64,000 nucleotides of DNA from NCBI GenBank assembly GCA_002269645.1, contig NIVC01002854.1:9248-73247 (forward strand), written 5' to 3'. The stretch is from Macrostomum lignano (lineage: Eukaryota). A program made the translations under genes and the position numbers. The notes beneath the pieces are model-generated. The model did not search any database. It was not told the origin of the DNA and saw nothing but the letters and a program-made list of their open reading frames with translations. Below, one piece after another: positions 36,778 through 48,743 of this stretch. How positions within the stretch are numbered: the stretch's first letter is position 1; every line of letters begins with the position of its first letter.

Positions 36778-39700
36778 CAAGGACTACTTAAGTAGAAGGA
36801 CGCTGCACTCCCGAATGGTGTAGATTTTTTTGAAGGCCATTTTTCAAAATGCTGTTATTTTTAAATGGTTGCATGTAGAGGTCTAGTTTTTTCACGGGGT
36901 TGCTCAGAATTTATTCCTCTTTTAGATGAGTGAACAGTTTCGGCTGCAACTACATGTATTCGCGAGAAATGTACAGCAAGGTACTGTTACCCCCTTCTTT
37001 ATTATAGAACAATAAAGCTAGGATATTTAAAGGATAATTCCGACAATTGAGCTAATGTAATCCAATTAAAATGAGATGAGATTAACAAAGAACGAAGCCC
37101 GTCAGTCTGTACTTTTCAAAAGCCATCCCTGATCTTTTCAACAATAAAATAACAAAGAGCAAAAGCAGAGAAACTGGCACAATGCCAGTGCTGATAACAA
37201 TCGATGTATCGTTGTTGGACTGGAAACAAAAAATGTTGAACTGAACTGGTTGCTTGTTGCACAGCAGCTCATTGTACTTTAATCTCAATTGATAGCTACA
37301 GTAAGGCAAATATGTATGTAAGGCTGCAAATATAAGACTGTGTATAGTGTATAGTGTATAGAAACTGTGGCAACTATTGGGTAGGCAACAGCAGTAAAAT
37401 GCAGAAACCAACTTATGAAAGCAGCAACAAATGTTTAAACCAACGTATGAAAGCAGCAACAGATGCATAAACCAACTTATGAAAGCATAAGCATATTCAA
37501 TGACGTGAATGTGAATTGGGTCTGTATAAAACATGGACAACCATGGACTATGGGTCAAATTACATGCTCAATCAATTAACAATGTTCGCTTCAATTCTAC
37601 GAGCTATGTTGCCTCCGATTTTGGCTTATTGCATTTTTGGTTGGATATTTCGATATTTTCCAGTGTCCACTTCGTTTGTTTAAATTAGAGGTGTCTAAGT
37701 GTACAATGGGTGTTCAAGTTTTATACGAACTCGGTGTGTTGATAGAATGTCACGGATTTCTCAAAAAGCGTACAAACAGCTCATAACTAACTTGATGCTA
37801 ACTTTCGCAGACGCCGTCCACTGCCGGGCGTCTCTCGTACATGGTCCGAATCACGACGCACGAGTCCTTTAAAAAATGTGTTAGCTAACCTCCTGGAAAT
37901 GCGGCTAACCTGAGCTGGATCTGAAACAGTTACATCCATGAAAGCTTCAAAAACGTTAATAAAAGATCGGACACAATAGTTGACGCAGTGGATCTTGACA
38001 GAGGAGAAAAAAGCATAGCACAGGCTGGAGAAAACTAAAAGCCACTCTGGCGGGTGCCGGAGCTTGCCACGAGATAGCAGCGATGTAAATTCGCTACCGC
38101 CAGGAAACTCAGTTGCAAATGCTTCAAAAACTTCTGGAAGATGCTCTTTAGCAGCAACGTAACCGGAAATATAGTACAAAGAAGCATTCTCCTCATCTGT
38201 ATTGTGGCTGATCTTGTCTTGAAGCTGATCAAACACCTCTAGATCAGAGTCCTTCATCCCATCGGAACAGCATGTCGCCGGCTCATGAGCCTCAAAGCTG
38301 TTCTGAAGCGCTCCGTACAATTTCATTCGGTGCAGCCGAGCACTGGCCATAACTTGCTCGACTGTTATGTAGTAACACCCGCCGTGGCCCTGGCGGTAGA
38401 GAGCGAACTCGGCCTCCAATCTGTCTGATTGCAGTACACCTTAAAGACAATTTCGTGACCCATTAGATAGCCGTGACCTGCATCCCCACAATTCATTAAA
38501 TTCATTCCCTAGCAACAATTATTCAAAAACTGATTGCTGCATGTAAATAATGCAAAGAACTCACCAAGAAGAACGTAAGAAAATCGATGGTTGGTTAGAA
38601 GGTGTCTGCTGAGGCCCACCAGACCTCTTGTTGTCTGGATTAAAGCGTTGCGCGTCTCTGTGGTGAGCGACCGACCGCGTCCCGCACCTCGTCCACCCGG
38701 CATGCGCTCCACCAGTGCGGAGAAATTAAGTAAATGTGTCAAGCTGCTAGATTCTTCCGACGTAATTGGAGCCCTAAGTTTGTCATTCAAGGCAACGTGT
38801 GATTCTGGTGATTTAACATTAACTATTTTCCAAAAGGTGACCACATGGTCCACAAAGTCGGCTGAGTCATGGCGACCGTTAACACGAAGTGCGGCAACCG
38901 TCTTCTCGTTGAAGATGTCGACAACTAGTGACACCTTTTGTCGCTCCAGTGGAGACGGATTGCACGCGACAGAGTTGACTGAAGTCGGGCGAACTACTTG
39001 TCCACGGGATCGCTCCTCGATTTCAACAATATCATTCCAGCGTGCTCGGCAAACACGTTCCTGCTTATCTGCTGATGGGTGAAAATCGATCTCCTTGTGC
39101 GCTTGAGTGAACCAATTATTTCTTATATTCTTAAACAAATGCACTGTGTCAAACAACAGAAACAATGGTTTCTCTGCGTCTGCAGGGTTTTCGGCAAGCC
39201 ATGGTGTGTTTGTGTCGCAATGAAACAGTTTGAAACAGTTCTGGTTAGTGAAGTGATTATCGCAAATCAAGCTCACAACTGTACCACCACAGCCGTGGAC
39301 AATTTCAATAAGTCGTACAACCTGTCTGTGTAAAAACGCAGGCTGTAAACTATAGATTGGCACAAGTCTGGCAACAAACGCAGGTGCGCCCATAAATGGT
39401 TTTACCATAATGGCGAGAATAGTCCGAGCAAGCTTCTGTGGAACATCCTCAGCAAAGCCAACTACATGGACACCTTTGAGACGAAGTGAAGGTTGCACAT
39501 ACACTTCATCAAAGATGATTGAGCACAGGCACTGAGACGGTGTGTTGTGTTCGAAATTCGACTTGACAATTTGCTGACAGTCGGTGTCGGTTCCAATGCT
39601 GCCAAGTCCACCCAGATGACGTTTGAGAGTGTCTGGATGTGGTAGACAGGCGAACTCTCTCATTGCACGATAGCCAGCACGACTGGTGAAGTACATTCTG

Positions 39701-41793
39701 GCAGCTGTCATTATATCATTTGCAGCATACCGTACGCCATGATGCTGAACAACACTCAGTTGCAGCTGTCGAACAAGGAATGAATGGCGCGGGTTCTGCA
39801 GCTCCTGACAAAGTGGCTGTAGTGCGTCCAAATATGCATTGAATTCCTTGATTGGATTTACTTCAGCTTGTCGAACTTTATTTTGTACTGCTTCCAATTG
39901 GCTGTAGCGCTCAAGTCGATGTTGAAAACCCAGCAGCTCAGACACTGACACTGGGGTGTTATGACGATTTGCAATAACAGAAAAGTCGGACATGACTGAA
40001 ATTGAGCATTCAACTCTTAGTTCCCAAAGAAGGACAAATCGCACACATGATTCGTCACGCTGCACTATCCACTCATTTGCAACGAAGTCAAGGGTGGCAG
40101 ATTTCTCAACAAAGGAACTCCATGAGTGAATCCGATCAGTCTCATTGAATGAGTCCATTTCATCAGCAATTTGAGCCCGCTGGTTTAACAGAATACCGCG
40201 GCGTTGAACATCTCTAGAGTGCTCTGAAGTAAGAATAATAATATGTAAGGTATGAAATCAGACAAAAACTTAATTAAGTAAAATATTATAGAAAGCCTAT
40301 CATTTGGTACAAACTGTAATATTTAACCTTGCTATGAGATATACTTACTTGGCTCAGTCAGGCGAAGAGAGCCTGTTGGAAGATTTGGGAATACACTTGG
40401 TGGGTCCATAGGGCGCATGAATCGCTTGACCTTTAACATTGGTGCATTTGTTGGCCAATGTTTTTGGCAAATGCCCATGTATTTAGATGGACTCTAAAAC
40501 AGTAAGTATTATATCATATTGTACTAATGTTCCATTAGCATGTGAATTAAGCAAGACAAGAATATGCAATAGCAGCAATAGCACCATACCTTAACATTTG
40601 GTGGCAAAGCTCGGATCCACATGCTGTAGTCTTCTTTATCCTTTGGAAAGCTATACACTGTCACCTTCTCACCAGATTTGTAGTTACTTGTACACTTTGG
40701 AAGACAGCATTTCATTGGCATTGCAGAAATTCTGAAGCTAACAAAAAGAAATATATACAGCTTCTATACATTATATCTAGTAAAAAAATTGCTACAATAC
40801 TGTATTGCTTTTATCCCAACAGGCCAATATAATCAATTCTATACTAAATCACTTCAATAGTATTACTAAAGTTGAAAATTTGTCTTCTAAAGTCTATTAT
40901 ACGCATTTTCCTTTAGAATCACTTTCTATATATAAATATTTATATTTTAAATTCAATGCAAGGCCTGAGTATTGAATATATCTTGGTTCCATTAAACTAG
41001 ACTAGGTTAAAAAACTGCTCTCCAAACAGCAGAAATAAATTCAATATGTTGTTAGGCCTATCATTTAAATAAAATATAAAGTTTCAAGACAAGTCTGAAA
41101 ATAGAACTTTTGTATCCAGTAGAACCGTTTAAGAAGCCTAATCTACAGATATTTGACAGAATAGTAAAATTAGTACCTTCTATACAATATGCAAGTATCT
41201 AATATCTATCTACCTTCAAATTAAGAATAATACTTTATAACGATCTACTCATAAACTAATCAGTAGGTCCTTTCTACACAACATTTTTGTAGAACATGCT
41301 AAAAAAGCATAGTAGGCCCTAGATATTATTATATATCAGGCATAGCCAGGGTATAGACTAACATTTAATATAGAATGTCTATAGCTAATTTAAATTTACC
41401 AAAAAAATAAAGACATAGAAAGCAGTCATCATAGAATGCTAAAGAAACTACTGATTATTGAGAGAAACTAACACTTTAATCCAACCTTTAACATTTAACA
41501 TTACAGAATTGAAAACCCTCGAAAAAATACGAAGTATTTAAAAGTAAACGTGTCAAGGACACTAACTTGGCGAAATACAATAGAGGAGCGAATACACTAG
41601 GTCTTTTTGATAAGTTTCAGCAGTTTTTTCTTTTCAGCAGGGTTGTAGTCAGTCTGAGCAAGCCATTGAAGATGAAAATCGTGAATTTTTTGTATCTCGT
41701 TAATGTATTTTTCGGCGAAAATTGGCCTTCAAAAAAAATTACACGAACCGCGAGTGCAGCGTCCTTCTATAAACGATACTTAAGTAGTCCTTG
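36778..41793 (-). mobile_element. Autonomous P-element-superfamily (THAP9-like) DNA transposon, 5016 bp
   Basis: TIR CAAGGACTACTTAAGTA(...)TAGAAGGACGCTGCACTC; perfect 8-bp TSD GTTCATGA. Confidence 0.95.
37787..40721 (-). CDS. P-element transposase with N-terminal THAP domain; exons 40721-40590, 40493-40349, 40223-38565, 38439-37787 (862 aa)
   Basis: THAP CCLPKC...FPKD...W...C..HW...PSVF; IIFDE, ICDN, FDTVHLFKNIRNN, QSDRLEAEF..YRQ..GG; three GT-AG introns in phases 0/1/1 give a continuous 2589-nt frame. Confidence 0.9.
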
Positions 41794-42065
41794 GTTCATG
41801 ACTCAGTCAACAGCGTTGCATGATCAAATCAAAGTAAGAATTACTGCAAATAAAGTCTTTGTAGACTTAGTTTTTACCGAATGGCAGAAATCGGTGAGAA
41901 GAATCAGTCGTCTTGAGGGAGTACACAATCTTCCTGATATTGATACTGTTGAAGCAGAATCTACTGCTCGTCCGGTCATTTCTACAGATGAAATTACCAA
42001 AGAGAAAATAACAGATATTTCAACCAGATAGTTTTATAATTTTTTTATTTTTTCTAGGGAAAAAA

Positions 42066-42808
42066 ATGGCCCAACAAAATTCTCTATACGATCAGTCTCA
42101 ATACGCTGAACCTAAAATACCGACAGCACCAAACTCAATGGCACCGAATTCGAACACACAAAACCTGGCACCAAGCCTGAATGCACCGAATCTGAATGCA
42201 CCTACTGTAAATATTCAGACCGACTTTACCCCGTCATTACTTGTAACTCTCAACAATTTCGATTGGTGGAGATTCAAAAAATGCGAGATGACATTGAAAA
42301 AAATATTTTCCACAACACAAAGAAAATTAAGCGCTATGACAACCACTGTAAATTTTTCGACTACAGCAATATGATTCTAGGATCTGTGTCTGTTCTATCT
42401 GGATCTGCTGCAGCTGTCTCAACGTTGCCAGTCATCACAGCCCCAATCGCAATCCCGCTCGGCTCTGTGGGTGCTGCATGTGGACTTATTTCAGCAATTA
42501 CTGGAGCATTAGCGCGAAACAGGCGAAAAAAACTAAAGCAGCTACAGGAGAAGCAAGTAAAAGAGACAGGGGTGCACACATCAATCATAGGGTACATTTC
42601 AAGGGCAATCGAGGATAAGTTCATTTCAGAGGATGAGTTCAAAACCATTCAGGATCTTTATGAACAATCAATTCGAATGAACTTGAACATGGTCGGTACT
42701 GATGACATGAGTCAGTTGAGAAATGAACTCGAGAAAGTTCTTCAACATTATGCGGAAAGAAAGTCGGAAAGAAATTCGGCAAGAAGGACGACGAGAAATG
42801 CACAATGA
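42066..42808 (+). pseudogene. Conserved Maverick/adintovirus membrane-helix protein (possibly the 'GasderminX' family), one frameshift near 42260
   Basis: Basic helix, two hydrophobic G/A-rich helices (LGSVSVLSG...IAIPLG), RNRRKKLK, ISRAIED..IS.DEF pattern recalled from Maverick proteins. Confidence 0.55.
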
Positions 42809-42812
42809 ACCC

Positions 42813-43214
42813 TTATGAAGCACAGGTAAGAATAATTTCCTTGTAGGTCTTTCGCGTTTTAGTCATTGCATACAAAACAGTCATGCACAGCTCACCGCAA
42901 ATATCACTGCTAAGACCTTGGAGAATAAAGTCTGAGCGATAAATTTCTTTATTATTTTTTCCCTTCATATAATTTCTTAGCTCTTCTGGTACTGCCGTCC
43001 CATAGCTATCGAAGTAATAACACTTGTGCTTGCGATCGGGATCAATCACCCAGCAAACCCAATGAGATCCTGACTTGTCGGTGGTGTCAAAGTTCATGAT
43101 GCCGCATTCTTTTCTTAGAGGAAAATCAGGCAGAGTGTCCCTCATAAATATTCCTCTAAAGTTTGGGATTTCCAGTTCGTTAGCCAAATCTTCAAGAAAG
43201 TTATTTGTCGTCAT
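42813..43214 (-). CDS. Adenain-like cysteine protease
   Basis: FRGIFMRD, GSHWVC (His), YFDSYG (Asp), LQ...ICG (Gln/Cys); ORF intact. Confidence 0.93.
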   Translation of the reverse strand: MTTNNFLEDLANELEIPNFRGIFMRDTLPDFPLRKECGIMNFDTTDKSGSHWVCWVIDPDRKHKCYYFDSYGTAVPEELRNYMKGKNNKEIYRSDFILQGLSSDICGELCMTVLYAMTKTRKTYKEIILTCAS

Positions 43215-43258
43215 TTTTATGAGGTTTATTAAACTTTCTCTTAAACCTAAACCTAATC

Positions 43259-46200
43259 TCAACCTCCTAAACCTAATCTCCAGTGCCCGAACGGTAGACT
43301 GTTAATATTGCCATCAAAAATGAATCTCTTGTTATCTGCACCTGACAGTCCAATCTTCTTCTGCTGAATTGTGTGAATAATATGGTTTTTAGATTGTAGC
43401 TTTGAGAACTCATGTGATGTCTTTTTGTTGCAATCCAAGGCGTCTCTGTATTCAGCTTCATTAATTTCCTTCCTAACCACGCGTTTCGGAATTCCCTTTG
43501 ATTTTTTAATTGGGTCTGACGACTCACATTTTACAAAATAGGACTTTGCTCTCAACCCAATGAATTCAGTGATTATGTCACCAGCAATCTCGTCATTCAT
43601 TTTCCCAATCACTTTCTTGTTAGTGGCGTCAAACACTTGATCGCCATTCTGTGTCCTGAAAGATTCATCATACTCAGACAAGTCAAACAAATCTTTTTGC
43701 TGCAGCATGTCCTGATAAATGTCTTCTGTTTGAATGTCCATAATAAAACTGTCTGTGTCGGTGTACAAGAGTTTCATTTTATCCTTATACTGCTGCTTCA
43801 TGCCATAGAAGAACTGGTACATCAGACGTTTTGATTCGTCGAGAACAGTGACACCTGTATAGATCGGCTTGCGCAGCGTCACCTTGGTTTTGTAAAATAT
43901 GATCACACCTAAGTAGCTATTAAAGATATGGAGTTCTTTGAATATTGGCTTTGACATATTTGCCTGAATAACAGCAGGCTCTGATGAGGTAACAAGTTTC
44001 AGGTTTGTTCTTTTCCGCTCATTCTCAAGAGTCTTGCCATAGACAGAGTTGTTTGCCAACTTAAAGAGGTTCTTGTCAAAGTCGTTGGTTGCTTTGGTCC
44101 TAAACTGGGTGTTCTTATCAATGTAGGGTTTCATCCACGCTTCCTCTGTAAATGTAAGAGCCCTGTGAACTTTGGTGACCCTGCAACCAAGTGAGATAAA
44201 ATACTGAAGCAGTTTGTAATGAATTTTGTAACGTGTCTTGTTGTTTAGATTCTGTGTTAGTTTCTCTGTATGTTCTTTTTCTGTTCCTGACAGGTGCCAA
44301 GTTCCATTATTATCATTGGGAGTTTCGATTATTTTCGGGCACTTGATGTTCTCTGGGAAGGGTGGAAAGTCAGAGAAATAGTCGTGAAGCTCTGGTGGAA
44401 TGTAAACATCAACCTCATAAATGGCAGCCTAAGAAAAGTCTTATTTGATTCTGATAGCCATCCAAAATCTCTAACTGGAAGATCTTGACTCATCGCCCAC
44501 CCGTAGAGATTATTAGCGTCCAAGTAAGTAATGTAGTTTGAGGGCTGCTCCTTATTGTAAGATTCAATGTAGGGATTGTTTGCTTTTGCATACCTGTTAA
44601 GGCAAATTGAGATCCCACCTCGCTTTGACGATTCGACAAAATTGTACATGTCAATGTCTGTAAGAAGTTCAATGTACCAATCTGGATCTTGATCCCTTTT
44701 CATTTTAAGCAAAGATTCCCAGCTAGTGGCAGGCAGAGACACATAATGTGCTGGATCGAGGCCATATGCTGTGTACCAGGTGTATCTGAAGGTTTCAAAC
44801 ACATCAGCCAGCAGAAACACATCTGTGAAGAGGTAAAGCAGGTGATACTGGAAGAAGTTTTGACAATTAAAGTAATTATAGACATGCTTCGCGTGCTCAT
44901 AGTCTTTGTCAGAGATTCCAGAGTCTGTTAGCTTTGAAAAGAACTTCTCCTGTGGTGGTAAACCTTCTTCAAATACGTGATACCCAGTAATATTTTCATA
45001 GGGGTAGAAGCCTTTCTTTCTTAAAAGTTTAAATGATTCATCATTGTTGTTAATTTTACTTGCAAATATCTTTGTATATGTACATTGTTCCTCTTTTAGA
45101 TTCTTGCTTAGTTCGTCTAGACTGGCAGCTAGAAATTGAAATGAATCCTTCAGTCTTATTTTACCTTCACTCGAACCTTTAACCGAATTATCCTGTTTAA
45201 TATCAACACACTTAAACTTCTCCTTGTTCTCTGCGATGCAGTCAAGGTGTATGTCTTGAATCATGCCGATTTTTTAAACTATTAAGTGCATGTCATAGTT
45301 CTTTGCGTTGTGACAAAATATCGTTAGATCATGAATGTTCGATTTTAGCTTTAGATTACAGGTGTTATGCGCTGCACCTCTAAATTTCCCAGTATAGTGG
45401 CAGTGGTCCCTAACGGTGGGGTTTTTAAAATCAGTGCAAGTTAACTGTTTCCTGCAGATGTGGCAATGAGTTGCTGATAGGAAATTGCTTTCATCCTCCT
45501 CAGTCATCATTATTGGAACAGGCTGAAGGGTGCTAATCACTTTTTGCAACTCTAACATTCTGGCAATAAACTGCTCCACACACTGCTCCAAAGAAATAAT
45601 TATACTCAACAAGTCCTTTTGTATTAATAAAGGCATATGCTACTGAATTGGGGACATGTTTTTGAGTTTCTGGCATGATTGAGCATTCGAAATCAGCATA
45701 TACAACAAATGGGAGCTTCTCCATCTTGTGATAGTTCTTAAAACGGAGATACTTCTCTTCAGCTGAAGGAAGAGAGCAGTTGGTGGGGTGATCCTCACAT
45801 GATAATTCATGCTCTGATAGTTTTTCAATGCGCTCAGGTCCACTGTAATGCTTAAGGCACAAGCGGCAGATGGCAACAGCCTCGTGATGATTATTCAACT
45901 GCTTGTGAATGAGTCTTGAATGATTTTAATCCAAACATAGTGAGCCTCCTCTAGTAAATTACCAATCACTAGAAGATCCACTTCAGTCCGCCTTTTCCCC
46001 TCAGGATCTAAAACGTCTTTGCTACATCTGACCGGTTGAACTTTCTCAGTTTTTTCACTCCACTCAAAGACTGTGATTCTAATTTTGTTATTAAACACTT
46101 CTTCTAGCTTTGGAATCTGAGAGATCGCCAAGCCTCCTTTGTCAAACCTGATTCCCTTCTTTTCGCATTCGATGAGATAGTAGTTGAAATAATATTGATA

Positions 46201-47100
46201 ATTTGAGGTTCTTTCGGGGTGGTCAGGGACACTATCATGAAGAAGTGCAGAAAGAACTGCCCATAGAGCACAGCAATTGTCTTTATTTTTAACATTTATG
46301 CAAGCTTTTTTGCTGGCAAGCTTATGCGGGAGCTCTATATAAGAGGAGGCTTTAAGTGGGTCATATTTCATGACCATGACAGTCGCTCTTTGAATCCCTC
46401 CCACGACCCATCCGGAACCTCTGGATGTAAACGCTTCAATTTTCTTAGTGACATCTTGAAGGAAAGGATCCAGTGTGTCTGTAGGTGTGAAAGGCTTTGC
46501 CTTTGTTGTCATGTAATACTCGAGATGTTCAGTGGGTTTTGCAGGCATATAAAACGCAATCTTGAATGATATCTGTAGTTTAAAGGTCTTGCGTGTTTTG
46601 AGTGTGTGATCAACAACTGATTGGATGCTGTCTTTATAGTCGTAGATGTTTGCGGTGGTGCCGTTTATTGGGATTGTGTACTCTATGTAATGTTCTGTAA
46701 ACTTCCTCTGTGCAAAATTAATCTCTTCAATGGCAAGCTCCGACTCTTTTAAATGGATTAATTGCTCTAATTTCTCTTGTTCCTGCTTATTTTGTGGGTA
46801 CTTTGCTTTTTCACCAGTGAGAGTTTCATATTTGTTAACTAAGTTGCGACTCCTCTCTTGGTGTTCCTTTGCAGGATTTTTTATAGGCGCATACTGGTTG
46901 GATTCTAATTGGTTAATGATTTCCAACTGTTTTTCATAGCTTCCCAGGTGACCAGGGTCGGTGTTGAACTTTTGTTTGCATGCTTCTCTTAGTAAATAAC
47001 TTTTGTCTTGAAATGAGACGCCTTGTAAGGTTGTAGGGTAGAGTAAATGAGACGAAAAATATTTGTTGACTAAATCTTTTGCTGGATTGGCTTTTGGCAT
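43259..47100 (-). pseudogene. Protein-primed DNA polymerase B with an endonuclease VII-like Zn-finger insertion; 3 frameshifts and 1 stop
   Basis: SSYIELP/INVKN/CALWAV N-terminus; CHIC...RDHCHYTGKFRGAAHNTCN; FCHNAKNYD, DSFQFL, YLDANNLYG, KLANNSVYGK, YTDTDS; breaks near 45900, 45600, 45275 (TAA) and 44430. Confidence 0.95.
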
Positions 47101-47224
47101 TTTTTTCTCTGAAATATAAAAAAAAATTGAGGGTGACCACCCTGATAAAAAAGTTTAACTGTTTCTACATCCTATCAGTAGCTTTAGGTTTATGAAGCTG
47201 GATAAAGTGGGGTTTTAAACCTCA

Positions 47225-47680
47225 TCACATGCGCATTATTGTAAACCCAGCATTGTGCAGTGTCATGATGGCTTTGACAATGTCAGACTTGCTTACAGAA
47301 TTTTCATGCTTACAAGCATCATGATCATCACAATCGGGGCAGCCCTCTCCTGCCTTAATTGTTATACCTTTGTCTCTTGCAATCTTTTGTAATTCTAGCT
47401 GGTGGGCTCTATCATTCCCAGCTTTAACAGCAGTTGCTACACCTCCAGCTACACCACCTGCGGCACTTACAGCGCCTGCAATGATTGGGATAAGAGCTGC
47501 TAATGGTAGGATTCCTCCTGACTTTTCATCTGTGATGCTGTGTCTTTGTTCATTACATTGAACTATTTGCTGTATGGGATCGATTTTTACTTTGGCACCT
47601 TTAATTGATATAAGACCTGGTCTCTTTGATTCAATGATTTTATTGAGTTTACTGATGGTTCTGGTTTCAATCTTTGCCAT
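47225..47680 (-). CDS. Adenovirus pX-like virion protein, 151 aa
   Basis: SGGILPLAALIPIIAGAVSAAGG resembles adenovirus pX RGGILPLLIPLIAAAIGAVPG. Confidence 0.65.
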   Translation of the reverse strand: MAKIETRTISKLNKIIESKRPGLISIKGAKVKIDPIQQIVQCNEQRHSITDEKSGGILPLAALIPIIAGAVSAAGGVAGGVATAVKAGNDRAHQLELQKIARDKGITIKAGEGCPDCDDHDACKHENSVSKSDIVKAIMTLHNAGFTIMRM

Positions 47681-47696
47681 TTTTTATTTCAATATT

Positions 47697-48713
47697 TTAA
47701 TTAATTTCTGTGTCAGCTGGTATCACTAGGAGTTCAGCTCTAGTGAATGACCGTGTGGGGGATTTAGGGTTAAAGGCCTGAGATAAAAAGTAAAACTCTC
47801 CAGAGTCGGAGGTAAAATTTCTGTCTATTTTATGTACATCAAGGCTGAAGTATGGATCTGTAGCTCTTCTTTTGGTGTCTTTCTCTAGCTCTCCAGGTAG
47901 ATATAAAAAGCGTAGAAACTCAGAGTTTGTCATTATGTATGGTGATTCAACTCCTGGAAGCTTAGGGTAGTTCGAGGTGTGTTTTGTGTTGTGCTTGTTG
48001 TCTGTTCTATGATATGCCTTAAGTTCGACAGTGTCTTGTTTAATTGCATGGGACGGTTTCAATCCAGTCATGCGCGTGACTTCATTGTTCAGTTGCTCTA
48101 TAACAATGGGGAGTCTTTCTGTCCACTTGGTATAGCACTGCCCCGCACTCAGTTTGAGTTCTTGCGCTGTCTGCTTAGTGAATAGTCTCTTGGCTAGAGT
48201 TAGATTGAATCTCTCAACGTACGCTTGGTCCCTGTGCAGGTCTGTTCTTCCGTAGCGAATCTTCGTATTTTTCTTTTCCATAAGGGATTTGACTGCACCC
48301 ATGAATTCCTTACCCAGGTCGGTCATAAGGGTTTGGGGATGTGTGAGCGGAGAGTTTTTATAAATATCTTGGAGGGCGGCTGCAACTGCTTCTGAATTCT
48401 TCGTCTTGAGTGGACGAGCTTCCTTATATCTGGAGGCAATGTCTATTACTGTGAGAGCATACTTGTAGCCTGAGTCATTGGGGAGAAACAGAAGATCTGC
48501 TTGGTGCGCCTCATTAGGTTTATAAATACTGAAATGGGGCCTTTCAAATTTTACTGGTGGGAAATAGACTTGAAAGACAGCCTGCTTAGAGAGCCATTTT
48601 TCTACTGTAGCTTTTGGTTCCTTACTCAGCTCCATGAGTTTACTAACGGCATTTTTGCCTACAAAGAATCCTTTGTCGCTGTAGTAGAGTTTTTTAAGTT
48701 TCTGATCTGTCAT
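47697..48713 (-). CDS. Retroviral-like DDE integrase of the Maverick, 338 aa
   Basis: HQADLL, TVIDIASRY, TDLGKEF, VERFN; C-terminal RRATDP...SFTRAELL; ORF intact. Confidence 0.95.
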   Translation of the reverse strand: MTDQKLKKLYYSDKGFFVGKNAVSKLMELSKEPKATVEKWLSKQAVFQVYFPPVKFERPHFSIYKPNEAHQADLLFLPNDSGYKYALTVIDIASRYKEARPLKTKNSEAVAAALQDIYKNSPLTHPQTLMTDLGKEFMGAVKSLMEKKNTKIRYGRTDLHRDQAYVERFNLTLAKRLFTKQTAQELKLSAGQCYTKWTERLPIVIEQLNNEVTRMTGLKPSHAIKQDTVELKAYHRTDNKHNTKHTSNYPKLPGVESPYIMTNSEFLRFLYLPGELEKDTKRRATDPYFSLDVHKIDRNFTSDSGEFYFLSQAFNPKSPTRSFTRAELLVIPADTEIN

Positions 48714-48743
48714 TTTTTAAAAAAGAAAATTTTAAATAAAATA

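Larger units (their letters stand above)
36282..42031 (+). pseudogene. Coiled-coil Maverick protein (241 aa when rejoined: 36282-36777 + 41802-42031), interrupted by the P-element
   Basis: Removing the element and one TSD restores the frame (EFM|TQSTALHDQIK); 726 nt open. Confidence 0.8.
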
